From: an uncultured Erysipelotrichaceae bacterium | GTDB lineage: Bacteria; Bacillota_I; Bacilli_A; RFN20; CAG-826 | DNA: 64,000 nucleotides | Assembly: GCA_900316365.1 (NCBI GenBank) | Contig: ONCO01000001.1 | Span: 3,675 to 67,674, forward strand | Direction: 5' to 3' | Shown: piece after piece, positions 17,129 through 27,522 of the stretch | How the letters are laid out: each line of letters begins with the position of its first letter | How positions within the stretch are numbered: the first letter of the stretch is position 1 | Position numbers and translations under genes: made by a program | The notes under the pieces: model-generated | The model's input: the letters and a program-made list of their open reading frames with translations, nothing else | The model's database searches: none | What the model was told of the DNA's origin: nothing

Positions 17129-20100
17129 ATGAAAAAGAGAATTGGTTTGATTGCTTCATTTTTGATGTTGGGTTCGCTCCTATTGTCGGGGTGCAGTTTC
17201 CTTTTCCCGTCGAATACAGGTTCTAAAGAGACGAATTCCAACACCAATAACACTTTGACTGATTTCGATTTCGTCACCGATGAAAGGATGACCATCGAAG
17301 ACTCTGACTCCGAACATCCATTCAAACTCCTAACCTTCTTCGTCGGCGACACCTATCAGGTTAAGACCAACGTCGATAGCAAACTCGGCGATGATTACCA
17401 CTTCGAATATAGTGGTTTCGACGAGAACATCATCTCCGTTTCTTCCTCCGGCTTAGTCAGTGCGAATGCCAAAGGCGTAGATTCCGTTACCGTCTCTTTG
17501 CATAAGAACGGCAGTGCCAAGAGGGTTGCGAGCAAATACTTCATCGTCGATGTTTTAGATCCGGAACAGGCCTATGCAAGAATCACCCTCAACGACTCTA
17601 GCCTCAGATACGAAGCAAGCGGCAGGAATTATTTCTTAACCGTCAATGGCGGCGATTCCTACCAGATCCGAACCGAGGTTAACTTTAATACCCCATATAT
17701 CAAAACCTTCGAGCTCGCCGATCAGGCCTTCTCTTCCTTCATGAGCGTTTCCTCTGCTGGTTTAGTTATCACCAAGAGAGTTAGCGAAGAAAAAGACGGC
17801 AAAATCGTCATCAAGACCTTGAGTCAGGATGCTTCTAGGGTCTATGACACCGTCTACCTCAATATCCATATCAACAAGGGCAGCGAGCGCCCACCAGAAA
17901 ACACCTTTGAGGTCACTAACCTCTCTAGCGGAGCCAAACTTAGTGATGGCGATTCCTTATCGATGTATGTCGGCGAATCCTTGTCTTTCGGAGCCAAATA
18001 CAATAACGGCAACGTCACCAATGTGATCACCGCCTCCAACACCGATGTCCTTACCGTTGATGGCGAGAATAACAAGATCACCGGTAAAGCCGCTGGTAAT
18101 AGCGACGTCACCTTCGCCCATCAGGGCAAATCCTTAACCGTCCATGTTGAGGTTAAGAATGATGTGCTTTTGGAGATCTACACCAAAAACGGCGCTGATG
18201 ATTTAGTCATCGTTAATGACACGCTCCATTTCTTAGGCAAGGTATACGCCAAATACCAGAGTGGAACGGAAGTGGATATCAGCGGTGAAACAAGCCTCAC
18301 CAAAAACATTGCCGCACTCGATGCCACCCATAAGCGCGTGACCCTTGGCTATAGCGCGAATGGTGTCAGCAAAACCGTTAACTATGATGTCCTCTTCTTT
18401 GTCACCGAAGATTATCAAGGAGATACAACCGCCTATACCTGGACCGATTATTTCAACAATAAATACAGGAATAGGGCCTATATCCTCCCAAACGAAGGAA
18501 CCATCAAGATGCTCGTCATCCCTGTTTGGTTTAACAACTCGACTTCCTTCTTCAGAGAAGACCAGAAGCAAGAGATTCTCACCGACCTTGAATATGTCTT
18601 TAACACCACGAGAGGCGAAGATGGTTTCCATTCCGTTAAGCAGTTCTACGAAGAGGAATCCAATGGCTTATTAAACCTCGATATCACCATCAGCGATTTC
18701 TATGAATCAGGCACCTCTAGCAAAGTCTATGGCGATACCGTCGAAGCGGACGTCCAACGCGTCCGTTCTTTGACCGACACCGCCATCGACTGGTACTTCA
18801 ATAACCATTCTGGCGAATCTAGAAGCGACTATGACCTTAATAACGACGGCTATATCGACGCTGTCTCCTTAGCCTATGCCGCGAACTATTACGGCACGAT
18901 CGGCGATTCTAACGGCACCGTTGCTTTCGAGTATACGAACGTCGATGGCGCCGCCCATAAATACAACAACGGCTCCTTCACCCCGATCGGTTCCATATAT
19001 GGTTTCAGCAAGAGCGCCGATCCTTCTGGGCAACTTGCTTGCAGTGACCTTTCCGCCTACTATCCAAGCTATTTTTTCGAAACCGGCTCCAGAACTTTCA
19101 TCCACGAGACCGGCCATATGTTCGGCTTCATCGACTTATACGAAGATAACCACGCGGTCACGAAGTATTACCCAGCGGGTAAATTCACCATGCAGGCCTA
19201 CAACTTCGGTGGTCACGACCCATATCAGATGAATGTCATCGGCTGGAGCAAACCTCAGATCTACGATGCTTCCAATTACGAAGTCGGTTATTCGACCAAA
19301 GTCCATATCAAAGACTTCGCCAGCAGTGGCAACAACATCCTCCTTACCAGAGACATGAATGAGGCGAATTCCTTATTCGACGAATACATGCTCCTTGAGC
19401 TTCTCGCCCCAACTGGCCTTAACGCCTATGACGCGAAGCATTCTTCCTATGTCTTCGATGACGCCGGCGTTAGACTCTGGCACATCAATTCCATTTTGGA
19501 GGATCTGTCCGAGAACGGCGAGGCGACCAACGAAATCGTCTCCACCAAATACGTCAATCTCAAGTATTCCAACTATGACCAGTCCAGCGAATGTGACGTC
19601 GTCCACTGGATCAGAAACAACGAGAATGAGGCCTATGACACCACCTCCAGCGTCAAAGACGAATATGGCTTATTCATGGCCGGCGACCATTTCGATATGG
19701 CCACCTTCCAGTCTCAGTTCGTCAATGGCGATAAGCTCGATAACAAAGAGAAACTCGGCTGGGAATTCGACGTCGATACCATCTATCAGGACGTCGATGG
19801 CACCTATGGTGCGATCATCACCCTCAATAGGGTCGACAACACCAGAACCGATTTCGAATATAGCTCTAGAATCGATAAAGACGTCACCACTCAGCCAACC
19901 GGCAATGACTACGAACTCGCAAACGTCTTATTGACTGACACCGACAGCTTCTCGCTTAAGTACAGCTTCAATAACGCGACCCCGCCAAGTTATTACGTCC
20001 AGGAAAAGCCTGTCTCCTATAAGGGTGTTTGCTTATTCGCTTCTCCAGACGGGAGTGGTGGCTCCCTCATTATCTCCATGCCTCCGGTTTTGGGATTGAA

Positions 20101-20362
20101 TCAGAGCATCAAGTCGGTCTCGATCACTTACTCCATGCTGACCAACGCCTCCTTGACTGCGACCGTTAATGGGGCAGAGGTGACTGGTACTTACTTTGAA
20201 GGACCTTTCAACTCTTACGATAACTACAACGAGAAAGGTATGAAGTACGAGGTCAACGGAAACTCCATTACCCTGCAGAATAAGTATTCTGAGAACATTA
20301 ACCATTTCTCCGTCATCGCCATCTATAGCATCGCCATCGAATACCATATGGAGCAGATGTGA
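17129..20362 (+). CDS. M6 (immune inhibitor A-like) metalloprotease lipoprotein with Ig-like domains
   Basis: LSGC lipobox, Big_2-like repeats, MLVIPVWF, YDLNNDGYID, HETGHMFGFIDLY zinc motif. Confidence 0.88.
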   Translation: MKKRIGLIASFLMLGSLLLSGCSFLFPSNTGSKETNSNTNNTLTDFDFVTDERMTIEDSDSEHPFKLLTFFVGDTYQVKTNVDSKLGDDYHFEYSGFDENIISVSSSGLVSANAKGVDSVTVSLHKNGSAKRVASKYFIVDVLDPEQAYARITLNDSSLRYEASGRNYFLTVNGGDSYQIRTEVNFNTPYIKTFELADQAFSSFMSVSSAGLVITKRVSEEKDGKIVIKTLSQDASRVYDTVYLNIHINKGSERPPENTFEVTNLSSGAKLSDGDSLSMYVGESLSFGAKYNNGNVTNVITASNTDVLTVDGENNKITGKAAGNSDVTFAHQGKSLTVHVEVKNDVLLEIYTKNGADDLVIVNDTLHFLGKVYAKYQSGTEVDISGETSLTKNIAALDATHKRVTLGYSANGVSKTVNYDVLFFVTEDYQGDTTAYTWTDYFNNKYRNRAYILPNEGTIKMLVIPVWFNNSTSFFREDQKQEILTDLEYVFNTTRGEDGFHSVKQFYEEESNGLLNLDITISDFYESGTSSKVYGDTVEADVQRVRSLTDTAIDWYFNNHSGESRSDYDLNNDGYIDAVSLAYAANYYGTIGDSNGTVAFEYTNVDGAAHKYNNGSFTPIGSIYGFSKSADPSGQLACSDLSAYYPSYFFETGSRTFIHETGHMFGFIDLYEDNHAVTKYYPAGKFTMQAYNFGGHDPYQMNVIGWSKPQIYDASNYEVGYSTKVHIKDFASSGNNILLTRDMNEANSLFDEYMLLELLAPTGLNAYDAKHSSYVFDDAGVRLWHINSILEDLSENGEATNEIVSTKYVNLKYSNYDQSSECDVVHWIRNNENEAYDTTSSVKDEYGLFMAGDHFDMATFQSQFVNGDKLDNKEKLGWEFDVDTIYQDVDGTYGAIITLNRVDNTRTDFEYSSRIDKDVTTQPTGNDYELANVLLTDTDSFSLKYSFNNATPPSYYVQEKPVSYKGVCLFASPDGSGGSLIISMPPVLGLNQSIKSVSITYSMLTNASLTATVNGAEVTGTYFEGPFNSYDNYNEKGMKYEVNGNSITLQNKYSENINHFSVIAIYSIAIEYHMEQM

Positions 20363-20569
20363 TATGAATATCGAAGCCCATCCTGAAGAAGGAGTGGGCC
20401 TCGAAATAGCAAAAACTAATTAAAAATATATATTTTTACCTTTGGTCGAATTGTTTAGACATAATCGCGTTTTTTGGCTACATATTTATGTCTATAAACT
20501 AGGTTTATCACCCTAAAGTTCTAGGAAAAGCGATAGTTTGAAAGTAGAATGCTCTCAGAGAAAACGACC

Positions 20570-21724
20570 ATGAAGAAAAATCTGCTTTTATTCGCGCCGA
20601 TTGTTGTAATAGCAATTTCCTCCTGCACACTTGCCAGGAATGAGAGTAGTGGTGAATCCAAGTCCATCGAGACTCCTGCTAGCAGCTCTTATAGCGCGCC
20701 TGCGAATGAATATTATTTAGACAAAACAACTCTTGGGCTTAAGCTTGGTCAAAAGAAAGAGCTTCATGTTTGGAGGGAAGGATACAAAAATAGCGTCTAC
20801 GGTTCCAATTGGCGCAGCGCTGACCCATCTATCGTCACCGTTAACGCCGGTGGCGAGGTTATCGGCGTTGGCGTAGGCGAAACGATGGTTTATGTCGACG
20901 CAGGAGGAGAAACCCTGAAGTGCAAAGTCACCGTTACCGAAGGGGATTATTCCTTAAGCGAGAACGAACTCATCGTGGTGGAGGGCGAAACCATTGAAGT
21001 TCCTGTCGTTTATCTCGATCAGAAACCTGTTGCCTTTACCGTGACTTGGGCGTCCTCGGATCCTAGTATCGCCAGAGTAAGCGGTAATAGCATCTCCGGC
21101 GTCAAAGAAGGCGCGGCCTATATCGGGGCCACTATCGGCAGCAAGAATTTACGCGCCAGAGTAACCGTTCTTTCCAAAGCGAAGGCTCTATTCATCCTTC
21201 AGGGTGGCTCTTTAAGCAGCCAAGACGATAGCCTTTATGGCTTCTCTGGCACCAAAACATATAGCAGCGAAACCTTCGAAACCGTTACTGCCACCTCGAA
21301 TAGCTATAGCTGGTTCTTTTATTACGATATAGGCGAAGATGTCTTCAACATTGAGAATGCCTGGGAGTTCGATTATCAGGGACAACATAAGAGATGCGTT
21401 TCTAGCATCACTTTCTCCTGGGGTAACTATAGGAACGCCTTATTCCAGTCGACTTGTTACCCAAGCTATTCCGCCTCCGCCGACTATAACAACAAGATGA
21501 AGGTTAGATTTAACCCATCTTGTATGACTTTTAACGTCGCTACCCAGGCCGTCACCGTCGATGAGTCTTATACCTACACCGCCTTGCATAACGATTTCCA
21601 GCAGATGGATAGCTATGACTTTGCCTTCATGTGGCATGCGGTGGAGAAGGCCAATGAATTCGCGGCCAATTGCCTTGCCACTAATAGCAAGATCTCCTCT
21701 TACGGATTAAAGCTCTTCCAATAA
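20570..21724 (+). CDS. Lipoprotein with two Big_2 Ig-like domains
   Basis: ISSC lipobox; WRSADPSIVTV and WASSDPSIARV repeats. Confidence 0.85.
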   Translation: MKKNLLLFAPIVVIAISSCTLARNESSGESKSIETPASSSYSAPANEYYLDKTTLGLKLGQKKELHVWREGYKNSVYGSNWRSADPSIVTVNAGGEVIGVGVGETMVYVDAGGETLKCKVTVTEGDYSLSENELIVVEGETIEVPVVYLDQKPVAFTVTWASSDPSIARVSGNSISGVKEGAAYIGATIGSKNLRARVTVLSKAKALFILQGGSLSSQDDSLYGFSGTKTYSSETFETVTATSNSYSWFFYYDIGEDVFNIENAWEFDYQGQHKRCVSSITFSWGNYRNALFQSTCYPSYSASADYNNKMKVRFNPSCMTFNVATQAVTVDESYTYTALHNDFQQMDSYDFAFMWHAVEKANEFAANCLATNSKISSYGLKLFQ

Positions 21725-21768
21725 CCCTTTTCTTTCTACCCCGCGCATACATGCGCTAAAATAACGCC

Positions 21769-22545
21769 ATGTTTGATCAGTGGACCAGAAGCGAACTCCT
21801 CTTCGGAGGTGAGAATATCGAAAAACTCCATAACGCCCGCGTGGCCGTTTTCGGTTTAGGCGGGGTAGGGGGCAATGCCTTTGAGGCTCTTCTTCGCGCT
21901 GGGGTGGGCACCATTGACGTCATCGATTCCGACTCTTTTAAACTCACTAACATCAACCGTCAGCTTTTAGCCACCCACGAAAGCATCGGTAAGCTCAAAG
22001 TCGACGTCGCTGAAGAAAGAGCTAAGCTCATCAATCCGTCCGCAATCATATACAAACACGCCCATTTTTATCTTCCAGACGATCCAGGCGACATTGATTT
22101 CTCCAAGTTCGACTATGTCGTGGACTGCATCGATACCGTTAAGGCGAAACTCGATATCATTGCCAAATGCAAGGAACTTAATATCCCTATCATTTCCGCG
22201 TTAGGATGCGGTAACCGCATTGACCCAAGCTTGCTCCGCGTCTCCGATATCAACAAAACCGAACTTGATCCTTTAGCCAAGGTCATCCGCAAGGGATGCC
22301 GCGAAAGAGGGATCAAACACCTCAAAGTGGTCTACTCGATCGAGAAGCCAATCAAGCCGTTGGTGATCCGCGAAGATAAACCAGGGGAGATGCATCAAAG
22401 AGACGTCCCTGGAAGTTCTTCTTTCGTCCCTCCTGCCGCCGGGCTTCTTTTAGCCGCGGAAGTGGTGAAGGACCTCACCTCGTTCTCAGAGGAGAATAGA
22501 CCGGAGGCGAGCATCAAACTCTCCGAATTAAAAGGAGAAGAATGA
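21769..22545 (+). CDS. tcdA: tRNA threonylcarbamoyladenosine dehydratase (ThiF family)
   Basis: GLGGVG, TNINRQ, VDCIDT, DPLAKVIRK, VVYS.E, GSSSFVP. Confidence 0.9.
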   Translation: MFDQWTRSELLFGGENIEKLHNARVAVFGLGGVGGNAFEALLRAGVGTIDVIDSDSFKLTNINRQLLATHESIGKLKVDVAEERAKLINPSAIIYKHAHFYLPDDPGDIDFSKFDYVVDCIDTVKAKLDIIAKCKELNIPIISALGCGNRIDPSLLRVSDINKTELDPLAKVIRKGCRERGIKHLKVVYSIEKPIKPLVIREDKPGEMHQRDVPGSSSFVPPAAGLLLAAEVVKDLTSFSEENRPEASIKLSELKGEE

Positions 22546-22648
22546 TCTCCTTATTGCCTCAAAAATGATGGCAAGAGATAATATAAGGATTCCCATATAA
22601 AGCCCGAGCAATTTGGGCTTTTTTCTTAGCCTTATTTATAGCTATATC

Positions 22649-22662
22649 TGAAAGCACTTTCA
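22649..22662. promoter_or_regulatory. cre/LacI-family operator-like palindrome
   Basis: TGAAAGCACTTTCA (13/14 to TGAAAGCGCTTTCA), upstream of uraA. Confidence 0.45.
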
Positions 22663-22819
22663 TAAGGCCTAAAAACACGTAATAACAAGCTTATCCATAA
22701 ATTCTTCCCCAATGGGGAAGGTTCTTAAAAATATACGAAAACGCGACTGAGAAAAATAATAAAAAAATCCTTTGAAATTTCTCCAAATCGCTTATAGTAA
22801 TTTAACGGTCAGGCGCATT

Positions 22820-22930
22820 ATGGAATCTAGAAGCATTAGAAAACCACATTCTTTCGAAGAGGCGAGTTTCCAATCTTGCTTCCATATTCGTCTTCCATTA
22901 ATTCTCTCGTCCAATCAAAGGGTGGCTTAG
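22820..22930 (+). CDS. Putative 36-aa leader peptide of uraA-upp
   Basis: MESRSIRKPHSFEEASFQSCFHIRLPLILSSNQRVA*; stop lies inside the terminator 5' arm; RBS is weak. Confidence 0.45.
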   Translation: MESRSIRKPHSFEEASFQSCFHIRLPLILSSNQRVA

Positions 22931-22953
22931 TCGTCTAAGTCTCCCTTTTTTTA
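22917..22953 (+). terminator. Leader attenuator terminator upstream of uraA
   Basis: AAAGGGTGGCTTAG-TCGT-CTAAGTCTCCC followed by T-run, about 34 nt before the uraA start. Confidence 0.75.
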
Positions 22954-22986
22954 TGGCTGGAGAATAAGGAAAGGAGGTTCCTGAAT

Positions 22987-24537
22987 ATGGAATCAGAAAA
23001 GAAACTCATTCTGGATGTGAATGAGAGCCCGAAGAAAATAGGGCAGTGGATCATCCTCGCGGTTCAGCATCTTCTCGCGATGTTCGTCGCTTGCATCACC
23101 GTACCGCTCATCGTCTTCAATTCTTATGTAGTCGGACAAGACTTCGCCAATGCTGGCGCCAAAGTCAGCTACGTCGGCCTCAATGGCCAGAGCTTCGCGA
23201 GCGCCCTTATCGCTCCGACCCTCGTCGCCGCCGGCGTCGGCACTCTCATCTACATTCTTCTCACCAAGATGAAGAGCCCTGTCTTCCTTGCTTCTAGCTT
23301 CGCTTACATCGCCCCGATGTGCGCTGCCATCTCCTTGGGTTCCGTCCCTCTCATGAAGGATGCGACCGGTGCCTTGGTCGCTGCTAGCGAGGGCGCCTCC
23401 GTCGTTGCCGCTTATGGCAACATCTGGGCCTTGCCAATCGGTATGGCTTTAGTCGGCCTCGTCTATGTCGCCGTCGCGCTCGTCGTCAAATTCGCCGGCG
23501 TTGCGTGGCTTAACAAGCTTCTTCCAACCATCGTCATCGGACCGGTCATCATGGTCATCGGCCTTGGTTTATCCGGCTCCGCCATCTCCAACCTCACCAC
23601 CGGTAGCGGCAACCAGATGAGCTACAACCTCATCGCCATCCTTTGCGGTTTGATCGCCATGGTCGTCACCGCCATCTGCGCTCACTACGGCAAAAAGACC
23701 ATCAGCTTAATCCCATTCGTCCTTGGCATGTGCGCAGGTTATGTCGCGGCCGCTCTCTTTACCGCCATCGGCTATGCCGCCAAGGTTGATTACCTCAAGA
23801 TCGTCGACTTCAGCCCAGTCGTCAACAACTGGTCCAACGTCAGCGTCAAATCCTTTATCGCCATTCCTGATTTCCTCTTCTTGGCGACCAAAAACCCTGT
23901 CGCCGTTCAGCCAGAGCATCTCGGCACCATCGCCCTTCTCTTTATCCCTGTCTCCCTCGTCACCATCTGCGAACACATCGGTGACCACAAGAACCTCTCC
24001 GGCATCATCGGCCGTGACTTGCTTGAAGAACCTGGCTTATCCAGAACCCTTATGGGTGACGGCATCGCTACCGCTGCCTCTGGCATCCTCTGCGGCGCTG
24101 CCAACACCACCTATGGTGAAAACGTCGCCGTCGTCGGCGTCACCAAGATCGCTTCCGTCAAAGTCATCATTCTCGCTTGCATCATGACCATCTTATTGGC
24201 CTTCTTGAGCCCGATCATGACCATTGTTCAGACCATCCCGGCCTGCGTCACCGGCGGCGTCTCGCTCGTTCTTTACGGCTTCATCGCCTCCTCCGGCGTC
24301 AAGATGCTAATCAATGAGAAAGTCGACTTCGGCAACACCAAAAACATCTTCGTCGCTTCCGCCATCCTCGTCGCTGGCATCGGCGGTCTCGCCATCAGCT
24401 TTGCTGCCGGAAACACCACCATCACCGTCACCAGCACCGCGGTTGCTATGATCCTCGGCATCATCATGAACCTCATCCTCAAGGATAAGAAACCAGCTGA
24501 GAAAGCTGAAAAAGTTGAAGAATCTAAGGCCGAATAA
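22987..24537 (+). CDS. uraA: Uracil permease (NCS2 family)
   Basis: QHLLAMF, SSFAY, EHIGD, NTTYGEN signature; upstream of upp. Confidence 0.92.
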   Translation: MESEKKLILDVNESPKKIGQWIILAVQHLLAMFVACITVPLIVFNSYVVGQDFANAGAKVSYVGLNGQSFASALIAPTLVAAGVGTLIYILLTKMKSPVFLASSFAYIAPMCAAISLGSVPLMKDATGALVAASEGASVVAAYGNIWALPIGMALVGLVYVAVALVVKFAGVAWLNKLLPTIVIGPVIMVIGLGLSGSAISNLTTGSGNQMSYNLIAILCGLIAMVVTAICAHYGKKTISLIPFVLGMCAGYVAAALFTAIGYAAKVDYLKIVDFSPVVNNWSNVSVKSFIAIPDFLFLATKNPVAVQPEHLGTIALLFIPVSLVTICEHIGDHKNLSGIIGRDLLEEPGLSRTLMGDGIATAASGILCGAANTTYGENVAVVGVTKIASVKVIILACIMTILLAFLSPIMTIVQTIPACVTGGVSLVLYGFIASSGVKMLINEKVDFGNTKNIFVASAILVAGIGGLAISFAAGNTTITVTSTAVAMILGIIMNLILKDKKPAEKAEKVEESKAE

Positions 24538-24567
24538 CCCTATAATGTTCCAAAAGGGAAAAAGTCT

Positions 24568-25209
24568 ATGAAACAATATCCAAACGTTACAGTTCTCGAA
24601 CACCCACTCATTACTCACAAGATCTCCATTCTTCGTGATAAGAACACTCCGACCAGCGAATTCCGTCAGCTTGTTAAGGAAATCGCCATCATGGAGGGCT
24701 ATGAGGCTCTTCGCAACGTCCCAACCAAGGACGTCGAAATCGAGACTCCTATCGAAAAGACCACCGTTAAGATGGTTCGCGGCAGCAAGCTTTGCTTCGT
24801 CCCGATCCTCCGTGCCGGCATGGGCATGGTCGATGGTTTGACCGAGCTTATCCCAACCGCCCGCGTCGGCCATATCGGCCTTTACCGCGATGAGGTCACC
24901 CATGAGCCGCATGAATATTATTGCAAGCTCCCGAACGACCTCGAAAACCTTGAGATCTACGTCATCGACCCGATGCTCGCCACCGGCGGCTCCGCGATCG
25001 ACGCCATCCGTCTCTTGAAGGAACATGGTGCGAAAAACCTCCATTTCATCTGCATCATCGCCGCCCCAGAGGGCATCAAAGCCTTCTGCGAGGCCAATCC
25101 CGACATTCCTCTCACCGTTGGCGCGCTTGACCGTCAGCTCAACGAGAACGCCTACATCTGCCCAGGCTTGGGTGATGCCGGCGATCGAATCTTCGGAACT
25201 GTCAAATAA
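24568..25209 (+). CDS. upp: Uracil phosphoribosyltransferase
   Basis: [38 protein letters not shown]. Confidence 0.97.
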   Translation: MKQYPNVTVLEHPLITHKISILRDKNTPTSEFRQLVKEIAIMEGYEALRNVPTKDVEIETPIEKTTVKMVRGSKLCFVPILRAGMGMVDGLTELIPTARVGHIGLYRDEVTHEPHEYYCKLPNDLENLEIYVIDPMLATGGSAIDAIRLLKEHGAKNLHFICIIAAPEGIKAFCEANPDIPLTVGALDRQLNENAYICPGLGDAGDRIFGTVK

Positions 25210-25230
25210 GCTACCATCTAGCGAAATTAG

Positions 25231-25267
25231 GAGGGCTAACCCGCAAGGGAAGCCCTCTTTTTTCTTT
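25231..25267 (+). terminator. Terminator after upp
   Basis: GAGGGCT..AGCCCTC + T-run. Confidence 0.8.
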
Positions 25268-25310
25268 CGTCACTTATAATAGAAGTAGCGATAAATAAGA
25301 GGTGCTATCT

Positions 25311-26429
25311 ATGTTTAGCGAATCGGATATCAAAAGAAACGAATTCCAACTTTACGGAGGTCAGGGCAAGAAAGGCTATGACTGGTGGTGGCATTCTTTT
25401 ACCGCCTACCACAAGGAAAGCGGTGAGGCAAAGCCTTTCTATATCGAATTCTTCTTCTGCAACCCAAAGCTCGCGGAAGATAAACCGGTCTTTGGTCAGC
25501 TCAAGGAGAACCAAGAGAAGGGGAAGCGCCCATCATACTTGATGGTCAATGTTGGCACCTGGGGTAAGAAGCATCTCCAGCTCCATCGTTTCTTCGCCTA
25601 TAAAGACGTTGAGATTAAGCCAAAAGCCCCTTTCTCCATCAGCGCGGATGATTGTTTCCTTAATGAGACCCATACTCAGGGCAGCGTTTCCTTAAGCGAG
25701 GACGAGGTAGCAGCCCATCCAGAATATATGTCTGATGCCGGAACCATGAGCTGGGACTTAAAGATTAAGAAACTCATCCCATTCAATGTTGGTTATGGCG
25801 CCTCCCATCTATTTAGGAAACTTCAGCTCTTCGAGATGTTCTGGCATGCGGAAGGCATGAAGAGCACCTTTGAGGGCACGATCACTTTAGATGGAGAGGA
25901 ATATGTAGTTATTCCTGAGAAGAGCTATGGCTATAGCGACAAGAACTGGGGCAAAGATTTCACCTCGCCTTGGGTGTGGCTATCCTCCAATAACCTTGTC
26001 TCTAAGTTAACCGGTAAACGCCTTGAGAACAGCGTCTTCGATATCGGTGGCGGTAGACCGAAGATCGGCTTCGTCGCCCTTAATAGAAAGCTGCTTTCCG
26101 CCTTCTATTACGAAGGTAAGTGCTACGAATTCAATTTCTCCAAGTTCTGGACCTTTACCCGCACCAAGTTCGATTGCAAAGAAACTGATGACGAGATCAT
26201 CTGGCACATCGAGCAAAAGACCATCAATAATCGGATGGTGGTGGACGTCACCTGCAAGAAAGAAGATATGCTTTGGATTAACTACGAAGCCCCAAGCGGG
26301 CTTAAGAAGCATAACCGCCTCTGGAATGGTGGGAACGGCAAAGGAACCATATCCTTATATCACAAGAAAAAACTCGTCGATGTCATTGAGGCCGAGAACA
26401 TCGGCTGCGAATACGGCGAGTTCTGCTAA
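25311..26429 (+). CDS. Tocopherol cyclase family protein
   Basis: YDWWW, GYSDKNWGKDF..PWVW, GCEYG motifs. Confidence 0.8.
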   Translation: MFSESDIKRNEFQLYGGQGKKGYDWWWHSFTAYHKESGEAKPFYIEFFFCNPKLAEDKPVFGQLKENQEKGKRPSYLMVNVGTWGKKHLQLHRFFAYKDVEIKPKAPFSISADDCFLNETHTQGSVSLSEDEVAAHPEYMSDAGTMSWDLKIKKLIPFNVGYGASHLFRKLQLFEMFWHAEGMKSTFEGTITLDGEEYVVIPEKSYGYSDKNWGKDFTSPWVWLSSNNLVSKLTGKRLENSVFDIGGGRPKIGFVALNRKLLSAFYYEGKCYEFNFSKFWTFTRTKFDCKETDDEIIWHIEQKTINNRMVVDVTCKKEDMLWINYEAPSGLKKHNRLWNGGNGKGTISLYHKKKLVDVIEAENIGCEYGEFC

Positions 26430-26445
26430 AAAGAAAAATCAACCC

Positions 26446-27027
26446 TCAGCGGTTGATTTTCTTTACTGGGTTCTTGTCTAATAACTCATCCCATTCCTTA
26501 ACGTCTTCTGGAGTTGGGACGAAGACAAAGGCGTCGTTACGGTGGAGTTCCCTATAGTCGAGGCCATAACCTACTAAGAAGGCATTTTCCTCAAGTCTCT
26601 TGCCATAATAATCAATCTTAACGTCGCAACGTCTCGCGGCGACTTTATCGAATAAGCAGGCGATGATGATGTCCTTTGGATGATATTTCTCTTTGAGGTA
26701 ATCGACGAGGTACTTCATCGATAAACCCGTATCGACGACGTCCTCGCAGATGACGATGGTTCTGCCTTCTGGATCATAGGTCAAATCCTTCAAGAGATTG
26801 ATCTTGCCGGTGGATTCGGTTCCTTCGTAAGAGGAGATCTGAATGAAGTCGGTGATGATTGGGCAGTGGACGTGCTTAATGAGGTCGACGGTGAAATTCA
26901 TCGCGCCTTTCATGACGCAGAGGAAAATCGGGGCTTTCTCTTCGTTTTTGAGCCTAGCGGTAATCTGATGACCCATATGGGTGCAGACTTCCTGGATTTC
27001 GTTAGAGGACATTACCAATTCTTTCAT
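26446..27027 (-). CDS. hpt: Hypoxanthine phosphoribosyltransferase
   Basis: VMKGA, SSY.G, EDVVDTG, FLVGYGLDY. Confidence 0.93.
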   Translation of the reverse strand: MKELVMSSNEIQEVCTHMGHQITARLKNEEKAPIFLCVMKGAMNFTVDLIKHVHCPIITDFIQISSYEGTESTGKINLLKDLTYDPEGRTIVICEDVVDTGLSMKYLVDYLKEKYHPKDIIIACLFDKVAARRCDVKIDYYGKRLEENAFLVGYGLDYRELHRNDAFVFVPTPEDVKEWDELLDKNPVKKINR

Positions 27028-27124
27028 TTTTATGCTTCCTAAAAAGATTTGTTTATATTACTACCTAAGCCACAAAAAGACAAAAGGAGTGGCTTTAGGC
27101 CACTCCGATTGTTCTTTAGCGTGC

Positions 27125-27346
27125 TTATTTCGCAAGCAAGAGATGATTGAAGAGAAGGACCCAAACAAGGTCAATCCAGCCGAAGATCGGGATGATGATA
27201 CCGAAGATAAGGCCGAGGAGATTGCCAAGGTTTGGCTTCTCAAGGACCGCGGTCACGCGCACAAAAATCTCAACAATCCAGTTGACGACTGGGATGAGGA
27301 GAAGGATGAGCTGGACGAGGCGGGATTGGGAATTAAACCACTTCAT
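27125..27346 (-). CDS. Small membrane protein
   Basis: 73 aa hydrophobic ORF with AAGGGG RBS and a downstream terminator near 27082-27106. Confidence 0.7.
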   Translation of the reverse strand: MKWFNSQSRLVQLILLLIPVVNWIVEIFVRVTAVLEKPNLGNLLGLIFGIIIPIFGWIDLVWVLLFNHLLLAK

Positions 27347-27437
27347 TATGTGTGCCCCCTTTTTTACTGATGATAGAACAAAAACACCTATTTTGAGTAG
27401 TCTTTTTTTGCTGGATTATCCTGCGATAGACAAAGAT

Positions 27438-27464
27438 TTAGCACTCTACTTGCCAGAGTGCCAA
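27438..27464 (+). promoter_or_regulatory. CIRCE element (HrcA operator) overlapping the clpB promoter
   Basis: TTAGCACTC-N9-GAGTGCCAA; overlapping TTGCCA-N16-TATAAT. Confidence 0.9.
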
Positions 27465-27522
27465 AACGTTATATAATGATGTCGCTCGAAGAAATCGGGC
27501 TTACTTCAAAGGAGGTAAGAAT

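Noticed and set aside
22850-22870. PyrR-binding loop
   Set aside because: Only GAGGC matches; the ARUCC part of the consensus is absent
24307-25044. 245-aa antisense ORF over uraA/upp
   Set aside because: Shadow ORF from strong codon bias of highly conserved genes
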